Shown here: piece by piece, positions 36,001 through 44,986 of the stretch | Layout: the number at the start of each line of letters is the position of its first letter | Position numbering within the stretch: position 1 is the first letter of the stretch | From: an uncultured Verrucomicrobiae bacterium | GTDB taxonomy: Bacteria > Verrucomicrobiota > Verrucomicrobiia > Chthoniobacterales > Chthoniobacteraceae | Direction: 5' to 3' | NCBI GenBank assembly: GCA_963836755.1 | Contig: CAWIKF010000002.1 | Location: 672,001-736,000, forward strand | DNA: 64,000 nucleotides | Made by a program: the position numbers and the translations under genes | The notes under the pieces: generated by a model | What the model was told of the DNA's origin: nothing | Database searches by the model: none | What the model saw: the letters and a program-made list of their open reading frames with translations, nothing else

Positions 36001-36072
36001 CGCTCTCGTGATCGAGAATGAACCTACTATCAAAGTAAGGATGCTTGTTAGAAGGAGGGTATTCATTTTCAT
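33070..36072 (-). CDS. GH2 glycoside hydrolase (exo-beta-glucosaminidase/beta-mannosidase-like) with N-terminal F5/8 discoidin domain
   Basis: Signal peptide; ATDGSDETYW..WIYVDLG (F5/8); GINWKADIYLNG, LWWPNGYG, GGNWG, RNHPSLALYCGRNEG, HSELG. Confidence 0.88.
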   Translation of the reverse strand: MKMNTLLLTSILTLIVGSFSITRAAQDASYDLARNRAAYHSSAINTDNVAQLATDGSDETYWQSKPEEQSWIYVDLGELRKIDGIKLKWRALAPAGCSIQVSDESGTPSKWNDVVHLACSSSSTSSKNFSAVTARYVRMITDKASASKGCQLDELIVEGEAPPSPAAKVVDLAPPDAEGKISLDGVDWKLQNTLFLHDAGEAISKPSYPVDFWLTAKVPATALTSYLLAGALPNPNFGDQQHLISESFFQNDFWYRKEFLPPPLSPDRHYSLNFEGINWKADIYLNGDKVGHIDGAFQRGAFDVTSKLLQGKTNVLAVLIHKCEHPGPTNEKSLSFMSHNGGILGKDSPTFVASLGWNWMPSVRGRDIGIWDHVYLERTGPVALVDPFVHTTVAKDLHHASVTVEVTLKNLEDTPVDAVLTGSFDKVSFSQKVPLQGRETKLVKLDKDTFPQLTVADPQLWWPNGYGDQPLQVLRLDVATGKGGGSTRVVTFGIRELAYDTSDGILKLSCNGQHLQLNGGNWGMDETMLRYEAKDYDTAIHLHKEMNMVMIRNWVGQVGKEEFFDACDKYGILVWNDFWLANPADGPNPDDNQMFMANVRDRIARIRNHPSLALYCGRNEGGPPKELDHGMAAETASLDGTRYYIPNSAGGLVSGHGPYEPKDDDFYFQHRGVTLHSELGLVCVPTSDTMRLMMPAKDLWPISDMWGLHDFAQPRDRIYTKRINDLYGPSQGLDEFCEKAQLQNWENAKAMFEAWRANSGSGGLAWMSHPAWPSLICQFYDYYLNPTGAYFGARLANEPLHILWDCFDNKVKVANNSRKTFTQLHAEAWLYNLDGVQKSHQEASVDIDASGKASDCFELKFPEDLSDVHFVKLKLMNGTKVVSENFYWRGMQKSYVALNTMPKVSLKGSYDEADANGKTDVNVHLENPTAHVAMMTCVKVVKSSAPGERVLPIFYDDNYVSLLPHEKRDIHLAFDRMLLKQDTYKILVSGWNIEPFELVK

Positions 36073-36226
36073 GGTGCAGATACTTGAGGAAACTATCGGG
36101 AGACACAGTGGAACAAGCTCAATAGCAATCTGCCATGGGAAAAGCCATCGATTTCCACCTCCATGGTGAATATGGAGATGAACATTGACTGCAACTTTTT
36201 CCCGATTCCTCAGTTTCAATTCCATC

Positions 36227-36559
36227 ATGAAATACTTTTCCCTCTTTGCCACTCTCGGTCTCCTTTGCGCAGTATCCTTGGGAGCAGATGCTCCGGTGGT
36301 CGATCACAGAGCTGACGAGCTGGGGAAAAAGATTAAGGAAGACGTCTCTTCTGGAAAGGTGAGCAAGATCGATGGAGATCAACTTCAGCACGAACTCGAC
36401 CGGATCGAACGCGTCGAGGAGCAGGCAAGTCGCGGCGGAAAAATCACCAACAGAACGCGTGCGGACCTGAAGCGCGATTTGGATAAGCTCGAAAACGACA
36501 TTGCCCGCAAGGAAAAGAAAACTGCGGCAATGGGCTCGCCGAGCCCGTCCAAGCCTTGA
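36227..36559 (+). CDS. Small exported helical hypothetical protein
   Basis: Signal peptide MKYFSLFATLGLLCAVSLGA, then charged helices. Confidence 0.65.
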   Translation: MKYFSLFATLGLLCAVSLGADAPVVDHRADELGKKIKEDVSSGKVSKIDGDQLQHELDRIERVEEQASRGGKITNRTRADLKRDLDKLENDIARKEKKTAAMGSPSPSKP

Positions 36560-36619
36560 GTCGGCCGGGCGGATTAAAGAATTAGCCAGCTAGCGTGGGT
36601 GGCGGGAGGGAATGGGGGC

Positions 36620-36710
36620 GAAAATCCCCGCGCTCGCTCCAAAATCCAGCGCGGACAGGGAAAGTTCGCGCGCGGACGCAGAAAATTCCGGCGCGGATAC
36701 GGAAAATCCC
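36620..36710. repeat. Degenerate ~21-bp periodic repeat
   Basis: AAAATCC..GCGCGGA-like units recur 4-5 times. Confidence 0.45.
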
Positions 36711-37160
36711 AGTATTTTCACGTGCAGTTCCAACCCTTTACTCTGTAGAGCCACCGTGAAGGAGGTTTTTGCTTCCCCTTTGGACGACACCGACCGGTGC
36801 CGGAAACGGCTTGAAGTCCTAGAACGCACGCTCGCTTTTGATGGGTTTTGAAACCAATCGTTCACGAAAATCTCCATCCCGTCGCAGGTGTGTAATAATC
36901 TTTATTAGCTGATCGGGAAGAGTTTTTCTGCCAGCAATCACGGGGCAATATTACAACGTTTACGACGGTGAGATGGAGGTAAGCACGCCTTCAACTCTGC
37001 TCCGGCACCCTCTGTTAGTGCTCGGCAAAATGGCACAACTGAAGACCGTAAATGACACGCAAAAAAAGATGAAATCACCATAGCGACGACTACTCTTCAT
37101 ACAGCCTAACGGCCGTCTTCGACTGAACCCCCAGACCGTTCCACCAGTCTCCTCCCTAAA

Positions 37161-40100
37161 ATGAAATACAAGCAATCATTCGCTCTCAAGCTCCGTAGCC
37201 ACATCGCCGCGATTCTCGGCAGCGCCGCCGTGATCAGCATGTCCAGCCACTCCGCGCACGCGGCGACGAAAACATGGAACAACGCGGCAGGTGGCGATTT
37301 TAACGACCCTGCGAATTGGACCGGTGGCATCCCGGTGACGGCAGACACTGGGCTATTTAACATAATCCAGTCCGGGAACGTCACCCTTTCGGCGAACGCA
37401 AACCCGGGTTCCATCAATTTCGATACGAACGCGGACAACTCGACCACTCACAACCTAACGATTGGTGTGAACGGCGGTAATACGATCACGTTTGGCAACG
37501 GCGGGAATCTTTCTGTGCTGGCCACGCTTACCGGCACCGGCAAGACTTTCACCATCGCTGCTCCGGTGATCCTGACTCCGGCATCGGCCACGACGGCGGG
37601 TGCCTTTACCATCCAGAATAACGCCACCGATCCCACCAACACACTGGTCGTGAGCGGCGGTATTTCAAGTGGGACAACGAACAATACCGAGACCTTGACG
37701 CTCGCGGGCACCAACACCGGGACGAACACGATCAGCGGCGCAATCGTCAATGGCGGCGCCACCACATTTGCTTTGACGAAGAGTGGTGCGGGCACCTGGA
37801 TTCTGACCGGCGCAAACACCTATAATGGCGCGACCACGGTTAGTGCGGGTGTTCTGCAATTGAGCGGCGCGAACGGCGCCTTGGCTTCCGTAGCAGCGTC
37901 GGCGTTGAACGGCGGCTCTTTGATCCTGGATAACACCGGTGCCGGCAACAACAACAACAACCGTATCGCCGACACACAGGCACTCGCGCTCAACGGCGGC
38001 AGCTTCGTTTACAAAGGCTCTGATCAAGCGGCCACTAACTCCACGGAAACCATTCAAAACCTCAGCGGCACTGGCAATTCCACCATCACGATCTCCTTCG
38101 GCGGCACGAACGGGGCTACTCTCACGGCGGGAACCTTTACGCACGCAGCGGGCAATGCGACCGATTTGGTCAACGGCGTAAACCTTGGCGCGAACTCGAC
38201 GGATGCCGCGAGCTTCGCCCGTTTCATCAGCACCGCTCCGACGCTGACCGGCACAACGAACGCCCTCACGACGGGCATCAATGCCGCTGCTAAGAACACC
38301 AAAATCGTTCCGTTCCTGGTTGGCGAAGCGACTTCGACCACTGGCGGCTTGGGCACGGCGACCGGCACGGCGAACACTTTCCTTACCTACATTGCCGGCA
38401 GCGGCTATCGCCCGTTGAACCCGACCGACGAGTTCACCAACAATGCCATCACGGCAGCCAGCAACACTTACGTCACCACGGGCGCGACCAACACCGCCAA
38501 TACCGCCATCAATTCGCTCGTCATCAATGGCGGAGACGTGACGATCAATGATGGCACGACGCTCACCAATACCAGCGGCGCATTGCTCTTTGCTTCGTCC
38601 AACGCCATCAAACCCAGCGTCACGACCGGCATCTACACAGCCTCTGCTGAACACCAAGTCACGGTCAACTCCGGCATCACGGGCACGATCAGCGCGGTCA
38701 TCAACGGCGCCCAAGCCCTCACGAAATCCGGTGCAGGCACTTTGGTGTTGAGCGGCGCCAATACCTTCACCGGCGCGACGACGCTGACTGCGGGCACACT
38801 GAACCTTTCGAATCAGCTCGCGCTACAAAGCAGCACTTTAACCCAAACCGCGGGAACTTCCCTGGTGTTCGATGCGGCAGGCGGCACTGCCTTCAGCCTC
38901 GGCGGTCTGAACGGCGGCGTGAATATATTGCTGCAGAACACGGCGGCAGCGGCAGTCGCGCTGACGGTTGGCGGGAACAATAGCGGCGGCACCTATTCAG
39001 GTATTTTGAGCGGCACGGGCTCGCTGACCAAGATTGGCACTGGCAACCTCGTCATCAATAACGCCAACACCTACACCGGCGCGACGGTCGTCAATGGTGG
39101 CAAACTCACCTTGGGCAATGGCGCGACGATCAAGAACAGCTCCTCCGTCACGGTGACCGCACCGGGCTTGCTCGGCATTGGCACGGGCACTGAAAGCAAC
39201 CAGCTTGCTGCGGGAGTGGTGATCACAGGCACCGGTGGCGTGAGCGACGAGATCAACAACGCGAACACCACCATCACTTTGGATCGTCAAAACACTTATA
39301 CCGGGCAGACGACATGGGGATCCCGAGGCATCATCACTGCGGGTGTGTCCTCTACCTTTGACGGCAACGGCAACGCGATCAGCGGCCCCGTCGGCGTCAA
39401 TTCGCAGATCAATTTTAACGGCCAACAGGGCGAGTTGAATGTGAACGGGAAAACCGTCGAGGTGGGATCGCTGACCGGTTCGGTAGGCGGCGGCGGCGGT
39501 GTGATGCTGAGGGGTGGCACGATCATATTCGGCGGAGACGGGCTCACCGCCAGCACCTCGGCGCCGATCGGTAATAACTATCTACCCGGCACCGATTCCA
39601 ACGGCACTGGCGTGGGCGGTCAAGCTCCGGGCGGCAATGTCGTCAAGATCGGCGGCGGCACCCAGACGTTCTCTTCGACGACCAACCTCAACAGCTATGA
39701 GGGCACCACCACCATCAAAGGCGGTGTGATTAGCACCCCTGTGCTCGGAACGAGCGGCTTCGTGGCCCCGGCAACCAGCACGTTTGTCAGCGGCACTAAC
39801 ACTGTGACGGTCTCGAGCACTGCTGGTTTGGTCGTTGGGATGAATATCTTTGAAGTTAGGGCCACCGGTGCCAACACGACGATCACGGCGATCGATGCTG
39901 TGAACAACAAGATCACATTGTCCGGCAATGTTGGCTTCAGTGGAACCCAAAACATCGTGCCATACGGTTTTGGCAGCGGCATCGGCATTTCCGGCCCCGC
40001 GGCATCCAACCTCGTCCTCGACGGCGGCACGCTGCAATACACCGGCGGAGTCACCACCACCGACCGTCTCTTCACCGTCGGCTCGAATGAGGCGGGTGGC

Positions 40101-41279
40101 GTGACGGGAACACTCGATGCCTCCGGCGGGGGAGCGTTGACCTTCTCAAACACCGGCTCGATCGCCTACGGGACGGTCGATCAGGCTCGCACGCTCGGCT
40201 TGACCGGCAGCAGCGCAGCCGCAAATACCTTGGCTCCTCTCATCGCCGACAACGGCGCTGGCGCAGTGAGCGTCCTTAAAACTGGTGGGGGCACGTGGAT
40301 TCTGGCCAATACCAACACCTACACCGGCGGCACCATCGTGAGCGCGGGCACTTTGCAGAACGGCGTGAACAATGCCCTCGGCACCGGCCCGCTCACCGTC
40401 GGCAACAACGCCACCTATGACATCGCTGGCTTCAATCAAACCGTGGCCGGTCTTTCCGACGGCGGCTTCAACACCGGCTTCGTGATTGATAGCGGCGCGG
40501 CGGGAACTTTAACCGTCAGCAACCCCACCGCGAGCAGCTTCAGCGGAACTTTGACAGGCAACTTTGCCCTCATCAAGACTAACACCGGCGCCCAAACCCT
40601 CACCAGCACGAACTCCTACACCGGCCCGACCACTATCAGCGCCGGCGCGCTCTACGTGGACGGCTCCATCGGCAGCACCTCCGCCACCAGCGTCAGCGGC
40701 GGCACCGCACTCCTTGGCGGCAACAGCAGCGTCGCCAACGGGGTCGGCCCGGTCAGCGTCACCAACGGCGGCACCATCCGCCCCGGTTTCGATGGCACCG
40801 CGCACTTTGCCACCGTCACCAACGCCACCACCTTCACGCCGAACCTCAGCGCCAATTCGCTGACTCTCGACAGCACCTCCAAATACATCCTCGACCTGGG
40901 CGCAGGCTCCACTGGCGTGAATAACGGCACCGGCAGCCCGATCGGTCAAAGCGCACTACTGAAGGTTAATGGCAACCTCAGCCTTGGCGGCGCCACCCTC
41001 ACAGTGAACGACACCGGCGTCCCCACCACCTCCGGCGAAGTCTTCAAGTTCATCCAATACACGGGCACTTGGGACGGCACCACCTTTGCCGGCCTCGCAG
41101 ACGGGGCCTCCTACCTCAGCGCCAACGGCATTCAATACACCATCAACTACGCGGTCGGCGACCCGTTCGTCGAGCTGACCGTCGTCCCCGAGGGCAGCAC
41201 ATGGGCGATGATGCTCGGCGGCTTCGGCACCCTGGTTGTCTTCCAGCGCGCCCGCCGCCGGAAATCGCCCATCGCGTAA
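37161..41279 (+). CDS. Large autotransporter-associated beta-strand repeat protein with PEP-CTERM-like sorting signal
   Basis: Signal peptide; repeated LTKSGAGTxxLxGANT(Y/F)xGATT; C-terminal VPEGSTWAMMLGGFGTLVVFQRARRRK. Confidence 0.9.
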   Translation: MKYKQSFALKLRSHIAAILGSAAVISMSSHSAHAATKTWNNAAGGDFNDPANWTGGIPVTADTGLFNIIQSGNVTLSANANPGSINFDTNADNSTTHNLTIGVNGGNTITFGNGGNLSVLATLTGTGKTFTIAAPVILTPASATTAGAFTIQNNATDPTNTLVVSGGISSGTTNNTETLTLAGTNTGTNTISGAIVNGGATTFALTKSGAGTWILTGANTYNGATTVSAGVLQLSGANGALASVAASALNGGSLILDNTGAGNNNNNRIADTQALALNGGSFVYKGSDQAATNSTETIQNLSGTGNSTITISFGGTNGATLTAGTFTHAAGNATDLVNGVNLGANSTDAASFARFISTAPTLTGTTNALTTGINAAAKNTKIVPFLVGEATSTTGGLGTATGTANTFLTYIAGSGYRPLNPTDEFTNNAITAASNTYVTTGATNTANTAINSLVINGGDVTINDGTTLTNTSGALLFASSNAIKPSVTTGIYTASAEHQVTVNSGITGTISAVINGAQALTKSGAGTLVLSGANTFTGATTLTAGTLNLSNQLALQSSTLTQTAGTSLVFDAAGGTAFSLGGLNGGVNILLQNTAAAAVALTVGGNNSGGTYSGILSGTGSLTKIGTGNLVINNANTYTGATVVNGGKLTLGNGATIKNSSSVTVTAPGLLGIGTGTESNQLAAGVVITGTGGVSDEINNANTTITLDRQNTYTGQTTWGSRGIITAGVSSTFDGNGNAISGPVGVNSQINFNGQQGELNVNGKTVEVGSLTGSVGGGGGVMLRGGTIIFGGDGLTASTSAPIGNNYLPGTDSNGTGVGGQAPGGNVVKIGGGTQTFSSTTNLNSYEGTTTIKGGVISTPVLGTSGFVAPATSTFVSGTNTVTVSSTAGLVVGMNIFEVRATGANTTITAIDAVNNKITLSGNVGFSGTQNIVPYGFGSGIGISGPAASNLVLDGGTLQYTGGVTTTDRLFTVGSNEAGGVTGTLDASGGGALTFSNTGSIAYGTVDQARTLGLTGSSAAANTLAPLIADNGAGAVSVLKTGGGTWILANTNTYTGGTIVSAGTLQNGVNNALGTGPLTVGNNATYDIAGFNQTVAGLSDGGFNTGFVIDSGAAGTLTVSNPTASSFSGTLTGNFALIKTNTGAQTLTSTNSYTGPTTISAGALYVDGSIGSTSATSVSGGTALLGGNSSVANGVGPVSVTNGGTIRPGFDGTAHFATVTNATTFTPNLSANSLTLDSTSKYILDLGAGSTGVNNGTGSPIGQSALLKVNGNLSLGGATLTVNDTGVPTTSGEVFKFIQYTGTWDGTTFAGLADGASYLSANGIQYTINYAVGDPFVELTVVPEGSTWAMMLGGFGTLVVFQRARRRKSPIA

Positions 41280-41298
41280 AAGAGGCGACCGCTTCCCG

Positions 41299-41345
41299 AA
41301 ACAGCGCCTCCCTGCCGCCCGGCACGGAGGCGCCGTTTGCTTTTG
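41299..41345 (+). terminator. Putative intrinsic terminator
   Basis: GCGCCTCC..TGCCG/CGGCA..GGAGGCGC stem followed by GTTTGCTTTT. Confidence 0.5.
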
Positions 41346-41514
41346 CGCCTCTCAAAGCCGAACGCGTAACACCGCCAGCCGTGCCGTTGCTGCGGGTCAG
41401 TCACCGAATGCCCGCCGGTGAGAGCGCACGCGCCTTGATGAGCACAGAGGGTTATGCAGTCTTCACTGGAGAGGAAACAGTGGGTTCCTTTGCCCTTCGC
41501 GTGGACACCTAAAG

Positions 41515-41740
41515 GGAAAAGGTGGCCACTGGAACGGAAAAGGTGGCCACTGGAACGGAAAAGGTGGCCACTGGAACGGAAATGGTGGCCACCGGAATGG
41601 AAATGGTGGCCACCGGAATGGAAATGGTGGCCACTAAAATGAAAAGGTGGCCACTAAAATGAAAAGGTGGCCACTAAAATGAAAAGGTGGCCACTAAAAT
41701 GAAAAGGTGGCCACTGGAATGAGAAAAGTGGCCACTTTTC
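41515..41740. repeat. Tandem array of 11 units (20-21 bp), each with the palindrome GTGGCCAC
   Basis: GTGGCCAC at 41522, 41543, 41564, 41585, 41606, 41627, 41647, 41667, 41687, 41707 and 41728. Confidence 0.95.
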
Positions 41741-41878
41741 AGGAGCAGTTCTGGCCGTTTACTCTGTTGAGCCGCTCCAAAGGAGGTGTTCGGCCCTTTC
41801 GACGACACGACCGCCGCCCGCGGAGACGGCCGGCCGCCGGAAGTCGATGCTCTCCTAGAATTCAATACAATCGCGGCT

Positions 41879-44800
41879 TCACCGGAAATCGTGCGAAGCC
41901 GAAACGGCCAGCTCATCACCTGCGAGCCGTTCGATCGTGCGGGCTTTCACATGGATGATCTCCTTGGCGTTTTGGAGTGAACCTTCGATCTGGAGAAAAC
42001 TTTCCTGCGTGATGAGCAATCGCATCTTTTCAAATAACTGCGGGGTCACGATCGCATTTGCCACGCCGGTTTCATCTTCGAGGCTGATGAAGACGAAGCC
42101 TTTCGCGGTGCCGGGTCTTTGACGACAAATGACCGCGCCCGCGATGCGCACTGTTTCACCAGCGCGCGCATGGACGAGATCGGCAGCGCACCAAATATTT
42201 TCCGCGAGCTTGGGCCGAATCAATGCCATCGGGTGTGGTCCTGTCGTCAAATTTGTGCCGACGTAATCGGCGCGCACGCGCTCAAACGCATCCATCGGGA
42301 TCAGCGGAGTTGCTTCCGCTTCACGCAGCGGAGCGAAGAGATCATTGGCGGCAAAGTCGCCTTCCACTTTCCAAAGCGCATCGCGCCGATGATCGGCCAG
42401 GCCGTTGAGTGCGCCAATGCTTGCGAGGGTCCGCAGCTCGCTTTTATCGACACGACTGCGGAGTTTGAAATCTTCCAGCGAGAAGTAACGCGCGCTCCTG
42501 GCCTCGGCTGCAATGCGTTCGCCCGTGGCGCGATTGAGTCCATTCACAATGCACAGCCCGAGCCGGATCGAGTCATCGTTTTCAATGGTGCAGCGATACT
42601 CGGAGCAGAGCACAGACACCGGCCGAATCCTCAGCCCATGCCTGCGCGCATCTTTGACGAGCGTGGCCGGTGAGTAAAAACCCATCGGCTGATTATTGAG
42701 CAGCGAGGCAAAAAATTCCGGTGCGCGATGCACTTTTAACCACGCGGAACCGTAGGCGATCAGCGCGAAGGAAATCGCATGGCTTTCAGGAAATCCATAG
42801 ACCGCAAACGACTGCACCGCCTTTGTGATTTGATCGACGACGTCTGGCGCAACGCCGTTTTTTTCCATCCCCGCGCGCAGTTTCACGCAGACTTTTTCCA
42901 TGCGTTCCTGCGACCGATGAAAGGAAAGCGCGCGCCGCAATTCCTCCGCTTCGCTGCCGCTGAAATCGGCCATGACCATCGCCATTTTCAGAAGTTGTTC
43001 CTGAAAAAGCGGGATGCCGAGCGTGCGCGCGAGCACCGGTTTCAAACGTTCGTCGAAAAAAGTCACCGCCTCCGTTCCCTCACGCCGCGCGAGATATGGA
43101 TGCACCATTTCACCCTGGATCGGGCCCGGCCGGATGATCGCGACCTCGACCACGACATCGTAAAAACATTTTGGTTTCAACCGCGGCAACGTTGCCATCT
43201 GCGCGCGACTCTCGATTTGAAACACGCCGATCGTATCCGCGCGGCACATCAAATCAAACGTCGCCACATCGTCTTTCGGAATCGCCGCGAGATCGACCGG
43301 CCGCTTCCGGTCAGCGCACAATTCGATCGTATCCTGCATCACCGCCATCATCCCGAGCCCGAGCAAATCCACCTTGATGATGCCGCGATCCTCGCAGTCA
43401 TCCTTGTCCCATTGCGCGACCACGCGGCCTGGCATCGACGCATTCTCCAGCGGCACGATCGAGTCGAGTTTTCCCTGGCAAATAATCATCCCGCCCGAGT
43501 GCTGCCCGAGATGTCGCGGCAGCCCGTAGATCCTTTGGTAGAGCCGCACGGCGGCCGATGCGCGCGGATGTTGCAGCGGCAATCCCGACTTCTGCATTTG
43601 CGTTTGCAAATCGAGCGTGTGCGGGAAATCGCCGCTCGCAAAAAGGCTCGAAAAACGGCTCAGCACATCGGTAGAAAAGTTGAGCGCCTTGCCGATTTCG
43701 CGCATCGCACTTTTGCCGCGAAATGTGATCACATTCGCCGTCATCGCCGCGCCATGTTTGCCGTAGCGCCGATAGATTTCCTGGATCACGCTCTCGCGCC
43801 GCTCGCCACTCGGCAGGTCGAGATCGATGTCAGGCCAGCTCGTCCGGCCTTCGCTCAGAAAACGCTCAAACAGCAGATTGTTTGAAATCGGATCGCACGC
43901 CGTGATGCCGAGCGAATAGCAGACCGCGGAGTTCGCCGCGCTGCCGCGACCTTGCATCAAAATGTTTTGCTCCGAGCAAAAATTCGCGATGTCCCAGACG
44001 ATCAAAAAGTAACCGGCAAACCCGAGCTTCTCGATCAGCGCGAGCTCGCGATTGAGCTGCGCGAGCACTTTTTTCCCGACGTGCGAATAGCGCGCCCGCG
44101 CGCCCGCCAGCGTCATCTTGCGCAAAAACGAGTCCATCGTTTCGCCATCGCGCACCGGATATTTAGGAAATTCATAGCCGAGATTTTCGAGCGAAAATTC
44201 CAGCCGTTCCGCCAGCGCCACGCTGTTTTCAATCGCGTCCGGATGATCGCGAAAAAGCGCGCGCATCTGCGCCGGACATTTCAAATACCGCTCGTCATTG
44301 CGCGCGAGCAATTTTCCCGCGGCATCGAGATGCGTGTGATTTCGCGCGCAGGTGAAAACATCCAGCACCTCGCGCTGATCGCGCGTCGCATGCGTCACGC
44401 CATTGGTCGCGAGCAGCGGCAGCGAAAAAGTGCGCGCGATTTCCGCGAGCTGATCGAGGAAATATTCTTCGCCTTGCACGAGATGCCGCTGCATTTCGAC
44501 GAACACATTTTGTTTTCCAAAAATGCGCGTCAAAGTTTCCACACTCTCGCGAGCGGCTTTCAAATCATCCCGCGCGATCGCGCGCCGCAGCGGACCTTCG
44601 TCATCGCCAGTCAGCGCCACGAGCCCTTCGGAAAATTCCGGCAGCTCATCCCATCGCACCGCACATTCCGTTTTCGTGCCGCGCAATTTCGCGCGCGTGA
44701 TCAGCCGGCAAAGATGTTGATAACCGGTGCGCGACTCGACCAGCACCGGCAAAATCGCGCCGCATTCCATCGTCAATTCCGCGCCGACAATCGCGCGGAT

Positions 44801-44986
44801 TCCCTGCTCTTTGGCTGCTGCATGCAGACGCGGCGAACCATAAACGCCGTCGCGGTCGCAAAGTGCAATCGCCTGCAAACCCAGCTGCGAAGCCACTTCC
44901 GCGAGATGCTCGGGAAATGCGGCACCGCGTAAAAAACTCAGCGCGCTCCGCGCGTGCAGCTCAACGTAGCGCGACAAATTCTTCAT
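41879..44986 (-). CDS. dnaE2: Error-prone DNA polymerase III alpha subunit
   Basis: YVELHARSALSFLRGA (PHP), GRGSAANS, PDIDLD, QRPGTAKG, C-terminal SHDFR; downstream of imuAB. Confidence 0.95.
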   Translation of the reverse strand: MKNLSRYVELHARSALSFLRGAAFPEHLAEVASQLGLQAIALCDRDGVYGSPRLHAAAKEQGIRAIVGAELTMECGAILPVLVESRTGYQHLCRLITRAKLRGTKTECAVRWDELPEFSEGLVALTGDDEGPLRRAIARDDLKAARESVETLTRIFGKQNVFVEMQRHLVQGEEYFLDQLAEIARTFSLPLLATNGVTHATRDQREVLDVFTCARNHTHLDAAGKLLARNDERYLKCPAQMRALFRDHPDAIENSVALAERLEFSLENLGYEFPKYPVRDGETMDSFLRKMTLAGARARYSHVGKKVLAQLNRELALIEKLGFAGYFLIVWDIANFCSEQNILMQGRGSAANSAVCYSLGITACDPISNNLLFERFLSEGRTSWPDIDLDLPSGERRESVIQEIYRRYGKHGAAMTANVITFRGKSAMREIGKALNFSTDVLSRFSSLFASGDFPHTLDLQTQMQKSGLPLQHPRASAAVRLYQRIYGLPRHLGQHSGGMIICQGKLDSIVPLENASMPGRVVAQWDKDDCEDRGIIKVDLLGLGMMAVMQDTIELCADRKRPVDLAAIPKDDVATFDLMCRADTIGVFQIESRAQMATLPRLKPKCFYDVVVEVAIIRPGPIQGEMVHPYLARREGTEAVTFFDERLKPVLARTLGIPLFQEQLLKMAMVMADFSGSEAEELRRALSFHRSQERMEKVCVKLRAGMEKNGVAPDVVDQITKAVQSFAVYGFPESHAISFALIAYGSAWLKVHRAPEFFASLLNNQPMGFYSPATLVKDARRHGLRIRPVSVLCSEYRCTIENDDSIRLGLCIVNGLNRATGERIAAEARSARYFSLEDFKLRSRVDKSELRTLASIGALNGLADHRRDALWKVEGDFAANDLFAPLREAEATPLIPMDAFERVRADYVGTNLTTGPHPMALIRPKLAENIWCAADLVHARAGETVRIAGAVICRQRPGTAKGFVFISLEDETGVANAIVTPQLFEKMRLLITQESFLQIEGSLQNAKEIIHVKARTIERLAGDELAVSASHDFR

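Noticed and set aside
36880..37160. Riboswitch or sigma-54 promoter upstream of the PEP-CTERM gene
   Set aside because: TGGCAC near 37031 lacks a correctly spaced TTGC, and I could not match any riboswitch consensus by eye
41454..41642. ORF with KRWPLER repeats
   Set aside because: A translation of the tandem repeat; the frame is lost when the period changes to 20 bp
41515..41740. Possible CRISPR array
   Set aside because: The period is only 20-21 bp, the linkers are themselves repeated rather than unique spacers, and there are no cas genes in the window
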